From contig NZ_AP024169.1 in assembly GCF_016591975.1 (NCBI RefSeq), positions 3,777,295 through 3,809,294 of the forward strand: 32,000 nucleotides of DNA. Direction: 5' to 3'. Source of the DNA: Anaeromicropila herbilytica. GTDB taxonomy: Bacteria; Bacillota; Clostridia; Lachnospirales; Lachnospiraceae. The translations under genes were made by a program, and so were the position numbers. The notes below the pieces were generated by a model that saw only the letters and a list, made by a program, of their open reading frames with translations, had not been told where the DNA came from and ran no database searches. Below, piece after piece: positions 22,141 through 31,016 of this stretch. How positions within the stretch are numbered: position 1 is the first letter of the stretch; each line of letters starts with the position of its first letter.

Positions 22141-23301
22141 CTAATATTCTTCAAATGCTTGTAGAATGGTGCTATAGATAGCATACCCTATTTCATCCCT
22201 CTTTGAATCATCTGCTAGCACTTTAGCATCACTTTTATTGGTTAAAAATGCTGATTCAATTAATATGGCAGGCATTTTCGTATATTTAAGCACTGCTAGA
22301 TTTGGTCTTGGTTTAATATTACGATTGGTACTATTGATTGCACTTAATAAATTAGGCAAACATAAATTTGCTAATTGATTCGAAGATATTCCCATACGAT
22401 TGGTTCTTGGATTATTTGGAGAATATTCAATTTCTGTACCTTTTGCTGTCTTACCGGCTGCATTAATATGAATACTAATAAATAAATCTGCTTGCGTCTC
22501 ATTTGCAAATGTATACCTTGCTATTAATGATGCTTTTGACGTCTTTATTGGATCTGTAGATTTTCCTTTTGTTATCATTTTCTCAAAATCAGTAAGTCTA
22601 GTGTAATAAACTTTAATATCAGATTCTCCATCTAAATATTCTTTTGCATGCTGTAGAATACTAAGCGTAAGATTCTTCTCAACTAAAGAATTCCCCATAG
22701 CTCCAGGATCAGTTCCACCATGTCCCGCATCAATCACAACAATTTTACCATACATATCTTTTGGTGCCATCACAGTTACAAAGATAGCCTCATCATTCTC
22801 TTCAACTGCAAATGCTCTAACTGTTTTTGTTTTTAAATAAATCTTTGTATCACCATTACTATCTAGTTTGACAGAAATTGATTTGATGGAATCATCCATT
22901 TCTTCGGGAACATTTTCATTATAAAAGTCAACATAATCTCCTGGAATTGTTATAATAAACTGGCGATTGATATAATCATCCTTTGTTGTAATATTATCTT
23001 TCTCTACATCTTCACTTCTTAATATTTTTATTGAATAATCATCTGGTTCCTCGGTACTACTGGAACCTTCATCTCCATCTTCACTATTATCTACTACCTC
23101 AGAACTATCACCAGTCTTCGAATCTTGTTTACTATTACTTGCTGGACTTGATTTATTCGTACCTGAATTAAGAACTTGTCCATTTTTGGTATGCCCATTT
23201 TGGGCATGTACTTTTTGGGCATGTACTTTATTAGTACACGTTAGTGATAGCATAATAAATAATACCATAAAAAATGCTTTATTCATACTAAACTTTTTCA
23301 A
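22141..23301 (-). CDS. Secreted N-acetylmuramoyl-L-alanine amidase (Amidase_3)
   Basis: Signal peptide 'MKKFSMNKAFFMVLFIMLSLTC'. An acidic/Ser-rich linker follows. Catalytic domain: 'VVIDAGHGGTDPGA', 'EKNLTLSI', 'FISIHINA', 'ILIESAFLTNKSD'. Confidence 0.88.
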   Translation of the reverse strand: MKKFSMNKAFFMVLFIMLSLTCTNKVHAQKVHAQNGHTKNGQVLNSGTNKSSPASNSKQDSKTGDSSEVVDNSEDGDEGSSSTEEPDDYSIKILRSEDVEKDNITTKDDYINRQFIITIPGDYVDFYNENVPEEMDDSIKSISVKLDSNGDTKIYLKTKTVRAFAVEENDEAIFVTVMAPKDMYGKIVVIDAGHGGTDPGAMGNSLVEKNLTLSILQHAKEYLDGESDIKVYYTRLTDFEKMITKGKSTDPIKTSKASLIARYTFANETQADLFISIHINAAGKTAKGTEIEYSPNNPRTNRMGISSNQLANLCLPNLLSAINSTNRNIKPRPNLAVLKYTKMPAILIESAFLTNKSDAKVLADDSKRDEIGYAIYSTILQAFEEY

Positions 23302-23452
23302 TTTTCTTATCCTCTTTCTTCATTTAAAACTATGTATATTCACGAAATACTGAGTTTAAAAGTCACTTTCAACATCTATTAGCTCATATCCCCCATTATA
23401 CCAGTTTTTTCTGTACTTGTCCTTAATATATTCTTACAGTTTTTTTAATTCT

Positions 23453-23517
23453 TATGAGTTTTCTGTTTTGTGCAAATTGGACTACTTCCTTAATAGTTCA
23501 TTCGTCTGGCAACTCAT
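23453..23517. repeat. Solo copy (~65 bp, ~80% identity) of the terminal arm of the 30695-30987 palindromic element
   Basis: 'atgagttttctgttttgtgcaaattgg-actacttccttaatagttcattcgtctggcaactcat' aligns with 30921-30987 'atgagttttcctgttttgtgtaaattgcctagactaccttaagcaggtcatttgtcgggcaaatcat'. Confidence 0.8.
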
Positions 23518-24069
23518 TTTTATAATCATACCATACACCTGTGTACCGTGGCCATTATCATCATAAGGTTCATTACGATAATTAATAAAATCTTTGAACG
23601 CAACCAATCTATTATCTCCATATACAAAGTCTGGGTGTGGACTTATTCCAGTATCTACGATTGCTACACCAATCTTTTCTCCTTTAATTCCTCTTTCATG
23701 AGCATAATTAACTCCTAAAAGATTTCTTGAATGATTCATTTGCGCCATAATCTGAGCATCCACTTCTACTTGCCATTTATCATTATTTGTTTCAATATAC
23801 TTAAGCTTATTTTTCTTAACCTCAATAACAAAAGAGTCTATCATAGGTAAGTGATAGATAATCTTTCCAAATCTTTCAATCTCATACTGTTTATTTTCAT
23901 ATTCATCACACTTAACAATGAGTTGAACATGCTTTTTGTCAGGCTTTGTGATTACTTTATTATTTGGTTCTCTAATATTATTAATGTAAAGATTATCATA
24001 TCCACTATCTTCTAATCTTCTCTTACTAACAATTACGAGCACGAAATATAGTAGTATAAAATTATCCAA
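23482..24069 (-). pseudogene. Truncated subtilisin-family (S8) serine peptidase: propeptide, Asp and His motifs only
   Basis: TTG start behind RBS 'gaaggaga'. Catalytic Asp motif 'VAIVDTGISPHPDF' and His motif 'DDNGHGTQVYGMI' are present. The Asn/Ser ('GTSMA'-type) half is absent. The last 11 codons and the stop ('MSCQTNELLRK*') are encoded by the repeat copy 23453-23517. Confidence 0.65.
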
Positions 24070-24487
24070 CCTATCTCCTTCTTCTCACCCTAAAGTCCAC
24101 ATTCAACTTATGAAACTCATACAATAGGTTCACTTAAACATTAGAACATAATGTAATGAATTGGATGGTGAAACTATCATTTTCACATTATCCATATATA
24201 ATATTCAGATTTAGGCTTGATTGAGACTCTTATTTTATGAGAAGTTATTAATCATAACGAAAAACTTATTCTTATGATAATCTCCTTTTCACCAAAATCT
24301 AATTTTCAGAATTTGCATCTTGTGTTGTTCTCTTCATTTATCCTTATTTGATAAGAAAATATCCTGCAATAGTCTAAAAATGTCATTATAAGATGAAAAT
24401 TATTTTTAAAAAAGTTGAAATAAATAGGAAAATGACCAAGCAGTGTTACATAAGATACACTATAATTAATTTATAGGAGGAACAAAA

Positions 24488-24688
24488 ATGAGTGATTTAG
24501 CAGCAACTAGTTGTGGTGGAGGATGTGACTCTAATAATAATAGCTGTATTTGGATTATCTTAATATTATTATGCTGTTGCGGAAATGGCAGTGGATTTGG
24601 TGGATTTGGAAGTAGTAACGGCGACTGCAGCTGTATTATCTGGATTTTACTTATTCTTTGCCTTTGCGGCGGAAACTCTTTCTTCTAG
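24488..24688 (+). CDS. 66-aa Cys/Gly-rich small membrane protein with internal duplication
   Basis: Strong RBS 'ataggaggaacaaaa' before the ATG, and a terminator 100 nt downstream. Two similar units are present: 'NNSCIWIILILLCCCGNG' and 'NGDCSCIIWILLILCLCGGN'. It has 10 Cys. It resembles tiny YjcZ-type sporulation proteins, from memory and unverified. Confidence 0.65.
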   Translation: MSDLAATSCGGGCDSNNNSCIWIILILLCCCGNGSGFGGFGSSNGDCSCIIWILLILCLCGGNSFF

Positions 24689-24787
24689 GAACAACTAAAA
24701 CTTAATTTATTGCTTAATCTCTGTATTCGTAGTTTCTTAATTAACTTGTTATATGAGACCTGAAAACTTTCAATCAGAAAAGTAATA

Positions 24788-24818
24788 CGAAAAAAGCTGC
24801 TTAAAGCAGCTTTTTTCG
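24788..24818 (+). terminator. Rho-independent terminator of the small Cys-rich peptide gene
   Basis: 'cgaaaaaagctgc-ttaaa-gcagcttttttcg' is a GC-containing stem followed by a T-run. Confidence 0.8.
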
Positions 24819-24883
24819 TATATATGCATTCTAAAACAATTCTAAGTTTCATTAAGTCAAATTTCCATATTAAATTCTATACT

Positions 24884-25013
24884 ATACTTGATAAATTCAT
24901 ACAAAACAATATTTATTACCATAATTGTAACGTAACACACTGTAGTGACTTTTACTTTTACAAGTATATAAAGTTCCTTATATGTTTATTTTATAGATGA
25001 ATTTATCAAGTAT
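24884..25013. repeat. 130-bp unit bounded by perfect 17-bp inverted repeats (MITE-like); a third arm copy is at 27145-27163
   Basis: 'atacttgataaattcat' (24884-24900) and 'atgaatttatcaagtat' (24997-25013) are exact reverse complements. The spacer is 96 bp. Confidence 0.8.
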
Positions 25014-25041
25014 TCATTGAAATAGTTACTATAAGCTTGAA

Positions 25042-25260
25042 TTAGTTATTTATTAATTTATCCTTATTCTTTAATCTTTCTTTCAAACATTTAATACATT
25101 CCTCGTCAATCTCATATACCGTATTATCTTCAATAATTAATCCAGATGACTCTATTTTTAAGTCACCTAATATATCAAAATCATCAGAATCATCCTGCTG
25201 CATCTGATAATCATAAAATTCATAATCTATATATTGATTTTCTTTCTTCCTATAATCCAT
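25042..25260 (-). CDS. Small acidic hypothetical protein (72 aa) with a single CxxC
   Basis: RBS 'agaggaga' lies 8 nt upstream of the ATG. The sequence is very acidic ('QQDDSDDFDILGD') and contains 'EECIKCLKE'. I recognise no family. Confidence 0.5.
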   Translation of the reverse strand: MDYRKKENQYIDYEFYDYQMQQDDSDDFDILGDLKIESSGLIIEDNTVYEIDEECIKCLKERLKNKDKLINN

Positions 25261-25336
25261 TTCTATATTCTCCTCTTCTTTGTATCCTTACTATATATTA
25301 ATATATGTTATTTTTTCTACAAATGTCCTTAAAAAC

Positions 25337-25365
25337 TTGAATCATTTTCCCTTATCCTATATAAT
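25337..25365 (+). promoter_or_regulatory. Putative sigma-A promoter upstream of aroC
   Basis: 'ttgaat' (25337-25342), 17-nt spacer, 'tataat' (25360-25365). It would give a ~200-nt leader in which I recognise no riboswitch. Confidence 0.4.
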
Positions 25366-25570
25366 TAGATTAATTTAACTTATCTGTACTTTTAAACTTT
25401 AACACGTTAATCAGTAAGCTTGCATGAATCAAATATTTATTAGCCTATATAATATGTAACATATAAATTTACTATCTTATGTTTAACAAACAAAACTAGG
25501 CGTTTGAGTAATGAATAGATAATATGATAATTGTGATAAGACAACTAAAATATAAAAAAGGAGTGATATT

Positions 25571-26671
25571 ATGTCAGGTTCCATTTATGGTAATTTATTT
25601 CGAATATCGAGTTGGGGTGAATCTCATGGAAAAGGGATTGGTGTTGTTGTTGACGGCTGCCCAGCTGGACTTTCAATCGATGAAGCAATAATACAAACCT
25701 TCTTAGATAGAAGGAAGCCCGGTCAAACCAAATACTCTACTCCACGAGTTGAGAGTGATAAGGTTGAAATACTCTCAGGAACGTTTGAGAATCTTACTAC
25801 AGGAACACCAATATCTATGGTAGTTATGAATCAATCACAACGTTCTAGCGACTATTCTGACATTGCTTCTTATTACCGACCTGGACACGCTGATTATACT
25901 TATGACGAGAAATACGGATTTCGTGATTACCGTGGTGGAGGCCGTTCCTCTGGTAGAGAGACGATTGCTCGAGTTGCAGCTGGCGCAATTGCTTCTAGCA
26001 TACTAAAGGAACTTGGTATATCTGTATTTGCTTATACCAAATCAATTGGCAATATTACAATTAATGAAAGCAAAGCTAATTTAGATGATCGAATGAAAAG
26101 TCCATTCTATATGCCTGATTTAGAAGCTTCCTTAAAAGCAGAAGACTTTCTTCAAGAACAAATGTTAAAAAAAGATTCCGTAGGTGGAATCATAGAATGT
26201 ATTGTAACTGGTATGCCTGTAGGGGTTGGCGAACCTAATTTTGATAAATTAGATGCCAATCTCGCGAAAGCCGTTATGTCGATTGGTTCAGTTAAAGGTA
26301 TTGAATTCGGCTCAGGATTCGAATCCGCCAATTCCACTGGCTCTATTAATAACGACAACTTCCGTTATGTTAATGGTATCCTTACCAAAGATACCAATCA
26401 TTCAGGTGGAATACTAGGTGGGTTAAGTGATGGTTCCGATATTGTACTTAGAGCAGCAATTAAGCCTACTCCTTCTATTGCATCCACTCAGGAAACAGTA
26501 AATAAAGATAATGAAAATATTTCAATAAATATTAAAGGCAGACATGACCCTATTATTGTTCCAAGAGCTGTTGTTGTTGTAGAGTCCATGGTGGCCATTA
26601 CCCTTGTTGATATGCTTTTTATGAGTATGACTTCTCGTATGGATAATGTAAAAGAATTTTTCAAAAAATAG
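25571..26671 (+). CDS. aroC: Chorismate synthase
   Basis: '[27 protein letters not shown]', 'RRKPGQ', 'RPGHADYTY', '[18 protein letters not shown]', 'GRHDP' are canonical AroC signatures. RBS 'aaaggag'. Confidence 0.95.
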   Translation: MSGSIYGNLFRISSWGESHGKGIGVVVDGCPAGLSIDEAIIQTFLDRRKPGQTKYSTPRVESDKVEILSGTFENLTTGTPISMVVMNQSQRSSDYSDIASYYRPGHADYTYDEKYGFRDYRGGGRSSGRETIARVAAGAIASSILKELGISVFAYTKSIGNITINESKANLDDRMKSPFYMPDLEASLKAEDFLQEQMLKKDSVGGIIECIVTGMPVGVGEPNFDKLDANLAKAVMSIGSVKGIEFGSGFESANSTGSINNDNFRYVNGILTKDTNHSGGILGGLSDGSDIVLRAAIKPTPSIASTQETVNKDNENISINIKGRHDPIIVPRAVVVVESMVAITLVDMLFMSMTSRMDNVKEFFKK

Positions 26672-26704
26672 AAGTTAATAAGTTTATCACATTCTAGTTT
26701 ATAA

Positions 26705-26769
26705 AATAGCGTATGATTATAGTTCATACAGAGACACAGTCTCTTTATGTATTATATTCATACGCTATT
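26705..26769 (+). terminator. Long imperfect hairpin/terminator after aroC
   Basis: Outer arms 'aatagcgtatga' / 'tcatacgctatt' and inner 'catacagagac' / 'gtctctttatg', followed by 'cttttac'. Confidence 0.6.
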
Positions 26770-26881
26770 CTTTTACGTATTGATGTGATAAACATGCTAG
26801 GTTGCTTAGGACACCATTCACTACCTCATTTCTACAATATGTCATTTTTCAGCTTCTCTAAGTAATTTTTATTAACTTGTT

Positions 26882-26929
26882 AGGATGTCAAAGGTCTTAT
26901 TTTAATTTACTTAGTGTATATTGCTGTAT
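26882..26929. repeat. Second copy of the 'gtgtcaaaagtc...gtgtatatcgctgtat' repeat (see 10100-10175)
   Basis: 'aggatgtcaaaggtcttattttaatttacttagtgtatattgctgtat' compares with the reverse complement of 10129-10175, 'gggtgtcaaaagtcatttttagtttattgagtgtatatcgctgtata'. Confidence 0.75.
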
Positions 26930-27144
26930 TAAGAGTGAAAGAAAAATGCTTTCATTCTTAACGTTTGTGTTTCACATTTGCAAGTAAGTGAAATCACCAC
27001 ACTAAATTATTTGACGAACAAAGTGAGGAGTTTGAACTTTTTATATCTGTTTTATCAAAGTGATAAAACATTAGTAACTTCCAAACGAGGAAATGGAGCA
27101 GCGATGAAAAAGTTTGAATCATGGTAATTTAGATAACCTAACAT

Positions 27145-27163
27145 ATGAATTTATCAAGTATTC
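27145..27163. repeat. Solo 19-bp exact copy of the 24997-25015 repeat arm
   Basis: 'atgaatttatcaagtattc' is identical at 24997-25015 and 27145-27163, in the same orientation. Confidence 0.85.
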
Positions 27164-27247
27164 GAGAAACTTATTACTGGGAAGCTATGTATTAATGTAC
27201 GTTTATAATAATTTAAACCTAGAACTGCATAAATTTTCATAAATATA

Positions 27248-27275
27248 TTGACAACTTCCATATAATGCTTATAAT
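27248..27275 (+). promoter_or_regulatory. Putative sigma-A promoter for the XRE-cupin regulator/pot operon
   Basis: 'ttgaca' (27248-27253), 16-nt spacer, 'tataat' (27270-27275). It lies about 120 nt upstream of the ATG at 27398. Confidence 0.55.
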
Positions 27276-27397
27276 AAATATGTTTAGTGTAACTAAACTT
27301 ACTGTTTAACATCAGTGTGACCAATAATCACTTAATCTATAAAATAACATCAAACTTAGGAATGATATGAAAATAAAAGGGAAGTGAATTTTGAATT

Positions 27398-27937
27398 ATG
27401 AATATAGGACATAAAATAAAAGAACTTCGAGTTCAAAAAGGACTAACACAGGAGGAACTTGCAGACCGTTCTGAATTATCTAAGGGATTTATCTCCCAAT
27501 TAGAACGTGACTTAACCTCTCCTTCGATTGCAACATTGGTAGATATTCTTCAATGCCTTGGAACGAACTTAGAAGAATTTTTTACTAATACTTCTTCTGA
27601 ACAGGTTGTATTTAAGAAAACAGATTTCTTCGAAAAATATGACGCCGACTTGAAAAGTGAAATAAAATGGATTATCCCAAATGCTCAGAAAAACATGATG
27701 GAGCCTATTTACCTTACACTAGATACTGGAGGCTCAACATATCCTGATAATCCTCATGAAGGTGAAGAATTTGGCTATGTTCTGAATGGCAACATTACGA
27801 TTCACATTGGTAACAAGACTTACAAGGCGAAAAAAGGAGAAGCTTTTTATTTTACTCCAAATAAAAAACATCATATCAGTGCCTCAGGAAAAACTGGTGC
27901 AACTCTTATATGGGTGTCGACACCGCCAAGTTTTTAA
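27398..27937 (+). CDS. XRE-family HTH + cupin transcriptional regulator (PuuR-like)
   Basis: HTH_3: 'IKELRVQKGLTQEELADRSELSKGFISQLERDLTSPSIATLVDIL'. C-terminal cupin: 'HEGEEFGYVLNGNITIHIGNKTYKAKKGEAFYF'. Confidence 0.88.
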   Translation: MNIGHKIKELRVQKGLTQEELADRSELSKGFISQLERDLTSPSIATLVDILQCLGTNLEEFFTNTSSEQVVFKKTDFFEKYDADLKSEIKWIIPNAQKNMMEPIYLTLDTGGSTYPDNPHEGEEFGYVLNGNITIHIGNKTYKAKKGEAFYFTPNKKHHISASGKTGATLIWVSTPPSF

Positions 27938-27985
27938 CCAGAATAAATATGACTATATAAACTTTACGATTTAGGAGGAATCATA

Positions 27986-29062
27986 ATGGCTAACGATAAA
28001 TTAATTGATCTAGTTAATATACGCAAAGCTTATAATAATAATGTCGTATTAGACGATTTAAATCTCTATATCAAGAGAAATGAATTTTTAACACTACTTG
28101 GCCCAAGTGGCTGTGGTAAGACAACGACACTTCGAATCATTGGCGGTTTTGAGAACCCCGATTCAGGAAGTGTAATCTTTGAAGGAAATAATATTACCAA
28201 GCTTCCTCCAAATGAAAGACAATTAAACACAGTGTTCCAAAAATATGCTCTTTTTACGCATATGACAATTGCTGAAAATATTGCTTTTGGACTTAAGATT
28301 AAGAAAAAATCAAAATCTTATATACAAGATAAAATAAAGTATGCTCTAAAACTAGTAAATCTAGATTGCTATGAGAATCGTACCGTAGACTCTCTTAGCG
28401 GTGGTCAACAACAGCGTATTGCTATTGCAAGAGCTATCGTAAACGAACCAAAAGTTCTTCTATTAGATGAACCACTTGGTGCACTTGACCTTAAGCTCCG
28501 TCAAGATATGCAATATGAATTAATCCGTTTAAAAAATGAATTAGGTATTACATTTATCTATGTTACTCATGATCAAGAAGAAGCTTTAACGATGTCGGAT
28601 ACCATCGTTGTTATGAATCAAGGCTACATCCAACAGATTGGTACACCTGAGGATATCTACAATGAACCTAAGAATGCCTTTGTTGCTGATTTTATTGGAG
28701 AAAGCAATATTATTCCCAGTACAATGGTTGAAGATAAAGTGGTAAATATTCTTGGAACAAAATTCCCTTGTGTAGATACTGGCTTTGGTAAGAATCAACC
28801 AGTTGACGTAGTCATTCGTCCTGAGGATATCGAATTGGTTAGACCTGAGGATGGTATTATCAAAGGTCAAGTAACTTCCCTTATCTTTAAAGGTGTTCAT
28901 TATGAAATGGGAGTTATGGCAAATGGTCATGAATGGCTTGTACATAGTACTACTCTCTCCCCAGTTGGAAATGAAGTTGGTTTAAAAGTTGATCCATATA
29001 ATATTCAGATTATGAATAAACCTGCTTCTGAAGATGAAGAGGCGGTGATCGTGAATGAATAA
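27986..29062 (+). CDS. potA: Spermidine/putrescine ABC transporter ATP-binding protein
   Basis: Walker A 'GPSGCGKTT', signature '[14 protein letters not shown]', Walker B 'LLLDEP', and a C-terminal TOBE-like domain. RBS 'aggagg'. Confidence 0.93.
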   Translation: MANDKLIDLVNIRKAYNNNVVLDDLNLYIKRNEFLTLLGPSGCGKTTTLRIIGGFENPDSGSVIFEGNNITKLPPNERQLNTVFQKYALFTHMTIAENIAFGLKIKKKSKSYIQDKIKYALKLVNLDCYENRTVDSLSGGQQQRIAIARAIVNEPKVLLLDEPLGALDLKLRQDMQYELIRLKNELGITFIYVTHDQEEALTMSDTIVVMNQGYIQQIGTPEDIYNEPKNAFVADFIGESNIIPSTMVEDKVVNILGTKFPCVDTGFGKNQPVDVVIRPEDIELVRPEDGIIKGQVTSLIFKGVHYEMGVMANGHEWLVHSTTLSPVGNEVGLKVDPYNIQIMNKPASEDEEAVIVNE

Positions 29063-29873
29063 AAAGACCTTCCTATCCTTTCCGTATTTACTTTGGATGG
29101 TAGCTTTTATCGTAATTCCTTTATTTGTAATCGTATATTATGGTTTTACTGCTATGGACGGTAACTTCACAATCGATAATGTTAAAAGTATTCTAGATCC
29201 GATTAATCTAAAATCATTATGGCTTTCCTTAGAATTAGCATTTATAAGTACGTTAATCTGTCTGATCCTAGCCTATCCATTAGCAATGATTCTTAAGGGA
29301 ATGAATATGAATAATAACAGCTTTATCGTGCTTATATTTATTCTTCCTATGTGGATGAACTTTTTACTTCGTACTTTGGCTTGGCAGACATTATTAGATC
29401 GAAGTGGCATTATTAATACCGCTCTTACTGCTCTTCATCTTCCAACAATTGATGTCATCAATACACCAGCTGCTATTGTGATTGGTATGGTATATAACTT
29501 TTTACCTTTTATGGTATTACCAATCTATAATGTACTAATTAAAATTGATAACAATACCATTAATGCAGCAAGAGATCTTGGTGCAAATAATATTCAGACT
29601 TTTATAAAGATTATTTTCCCACTTAGTTTTCCCGGTGTCGTTAGTGGTATTACTATGGTATTTGTACCTGCAATGACTACTTTCGTTATTTCGGATTTAC
29701 TTGGTGGAAGTAAGATCTTGTTAATTGGTAATGTCATCGAACAAGAATTTACGGTATCAAATAATTGGAATGTAGGATCCGGTCTTTCCCTTGTATTAAT
29801 GATATTTATTCTATTCAGTATGGCTTTAATCGCCAAATATGATAAAGCATCGGAGGGAACAAATCTATGGTAA
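29055..29873 (+). CDS. potB: Spermidine/putrescine ABC transporter permease
   Basis: About 6 TM segments with the EAA-type loop '[26 protein letters not shown]'. It overlaps potA by 8 nt. Confidence 0.9.
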   Translation: MNKKTFLSFPYLLWMVAFIVIPLFVIVYYGFTAMDGNFTIDNVKSILDPINLKSLWLSLELAFISTLICLILAYPLAMILKGMNMNNNSFIVLIFILPMWMNFLLRTLAWQTLLDRSGIINTALTALHLPTIDVINTPAAIVIGMVYNFLPFMVLPIYNVLIKIDNNTINAARDLGANNIQTFIKIIFPLSFPGVVSGITMVFVPAMTTFVISDLLGGSKILLIGNVIEQEFTVSNNWNVGSGLSLVLMIFILFSMALIAKYDKASEGTNLW

Positions 29874-30661
29874 AGAAGATATCACAGCGAATATATATTT
29901 TTTTATTGTTCCTATTCCTATACGCTCCAATCTTAACATTAATCGTCCTTTCTTTTAATGCTTCAAAATCAAGAGCAAGATGGGGTGGCTTTACACTTGA
30001 ATGGTATACCGAGTTATTTAACGATGAGCAGATTATGACCGCTTTGACTACAACACTTATCATCGCGTTTTTATCTGCGCTTATAGCAACTGCGCTAGGA
30101 ACCTTCGCTTCTATTGGAATCAATTCTATGAAAAGAAGATGGAAGTCCTTATTCTTAAACATAACAAATATTCCTATGTTAAATGCAGACATCGTTACTG
30201 GTATCTCTTTAATGTTATTATTTATAGGCTTTCGTGAACTTTTTAAAATTGACTTTGAACTTGGATTTACCTCTGTGTTAATCTCACATATTACTTTTAA
30301 TATACCTTATGTTGTTCTAAGTGTTATGCCAAAATTATCACAGACAGATAAATCAACTTATGAGGCTGCACTTGACCTTGGTGCCACTCCAGCCTTTGCT
30401 TTCTTTAAAGTTATCTTACCGGATATCTTTCCTGGCGTAATAACTGGATTTTTATTAGCGTTTACCATGTCTTTAGATGACTTTGTAATTACTCATTTTA
30501 CAAAGGGTCCTGGAATTGATACCTTATCTACTAAGATATATACTGAAGTTAGAAAAGGAATTAAACCAGAGATGTATGCACTATCTACGTTACTCTTCGT
30601 AACTGTACTTGTACTTCTATTAATTATTAATAGTAAATCAAGCAAGCATCAACGTGCTTAA
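29867..30661 (+). CDS. potC: Spermidine/putrescine ABC transporter permease
   Basis: About 6 TM segments with the EAA-type loop 'YEAALDLGATPAFAFFKVILPDIFPG'. It overlaps potB by 7 nt. Confidence 0.9.
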   Translation: MVKKISQRIYIFLLFLFLYAPILTLIVLSFNASKSRARWGGFTLEWYTELFNDEQIMTALTTTLIIAFLSALIATALGTFASIGINSMKRRWKSLFLNITNIPMLNADIVTGISLMLLFIGFRELFKIDFELGFTSVLISHITFNIPYVVLSVMPKLSQTDKSTYEAALDLGATPAFAFFKVILPDIFPGVITGFLLAFTMSLDDFVITHFTKGPGIDTLSTKIYTEVRKGIKPEMYALSTLLFVTVLVLLLIINSKSSKHQRA

Positions 30662-30694
30662 AATACGTTGATTCTATTACTCTAACTATATATA

Positions 30695-30987
30695 ATGATT
30701 TGCCCGTCAAATGACCTGATTCAAATACTAACCTGGCAATTTGCACAAAACAGAAAAAGCGAATGCGCCTTTGAATATGTATTAGAAGATCTTGTTCTCG
30801 GATCATTTCGTGTTATATGCTAGGACAGATCTGTCTGAACGAAGTGAGTTATCTGTCCTAGCATATGTTTTACACAAAATGAACTGAGAACTAGATCTTC
30901 TTATACATATTCAATGAAGCATGAGTTTTCCTGTTTTGTGTAAATTGCCTAGACTACCTTAAGCAGGTCATTTGTCGGGCAAATCAT
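30695..30987. mobile_element. ~293-bp imperfect palindrome (MITE-like / inverted duplication) between potC and potD
   Basis: Left end 'atgatttgcccgtcaaatgacctg...' and right end '...caggtcatttgtcgggcaaatcat'. Arms of ~136 bp are roughly 80-85% complementary by eye along their whole length. The centre is 'gctaggacagat-ctgtctgaacgaagtgagtt-atctgtcctagc'. There is no ORF. A solo arm copy is at 23453-23517. Confidence 0.8.
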
Positions 30988-31016
30988 ATACTTCAATCAA
31001 GAGAGGAACTTATAAA

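Noticed and set aside
23201-23230. 15-bp tandem duplication 'tgggcatgtacttt(t/a)' inside the amidase gene, encoding KVHAQ x2 just after the signal peptide.
   Set aside because: It is a small in-frame slippage-type duplication in a low-complexity linker, with no evident functional implication.
24440-24470. Sporulation-sigma-like -10 ('cataagata', CATAnnnTA as for sigma-K) upstream of the Cys-rich peptide gene.
   Set aside because: I could not find a properly spaced -35 'AC' element, and the motif is short and AT-rich. This is not enough to call.
24998-25016. TGAAT-N9-ATTCA dyad in the 19-bp repeat, which resembles ARG-box half-sites (TGAAT/ATTCA).
   Set aside because: ARG boxes have a 4-nt central spacer, not 9. 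No arginine genes are nearby, so the resemblance is probably coincidental.
27786-27974. 62-aa ORF overlapping the 3' end of the XRE-cupin gene in another frame.
   Set aside because: It is an out-of-frame overlap with a well-supported gene, has no RBS, and ends just before the potA RBS.
30690-30990. Possible target-site duplication ('ata'/'tata') flanking the 293-bp palindrome.
   Set aside because: The flanks are AT-only trinucleotides and carry no statistical weight. An empty-site comparison is needed.
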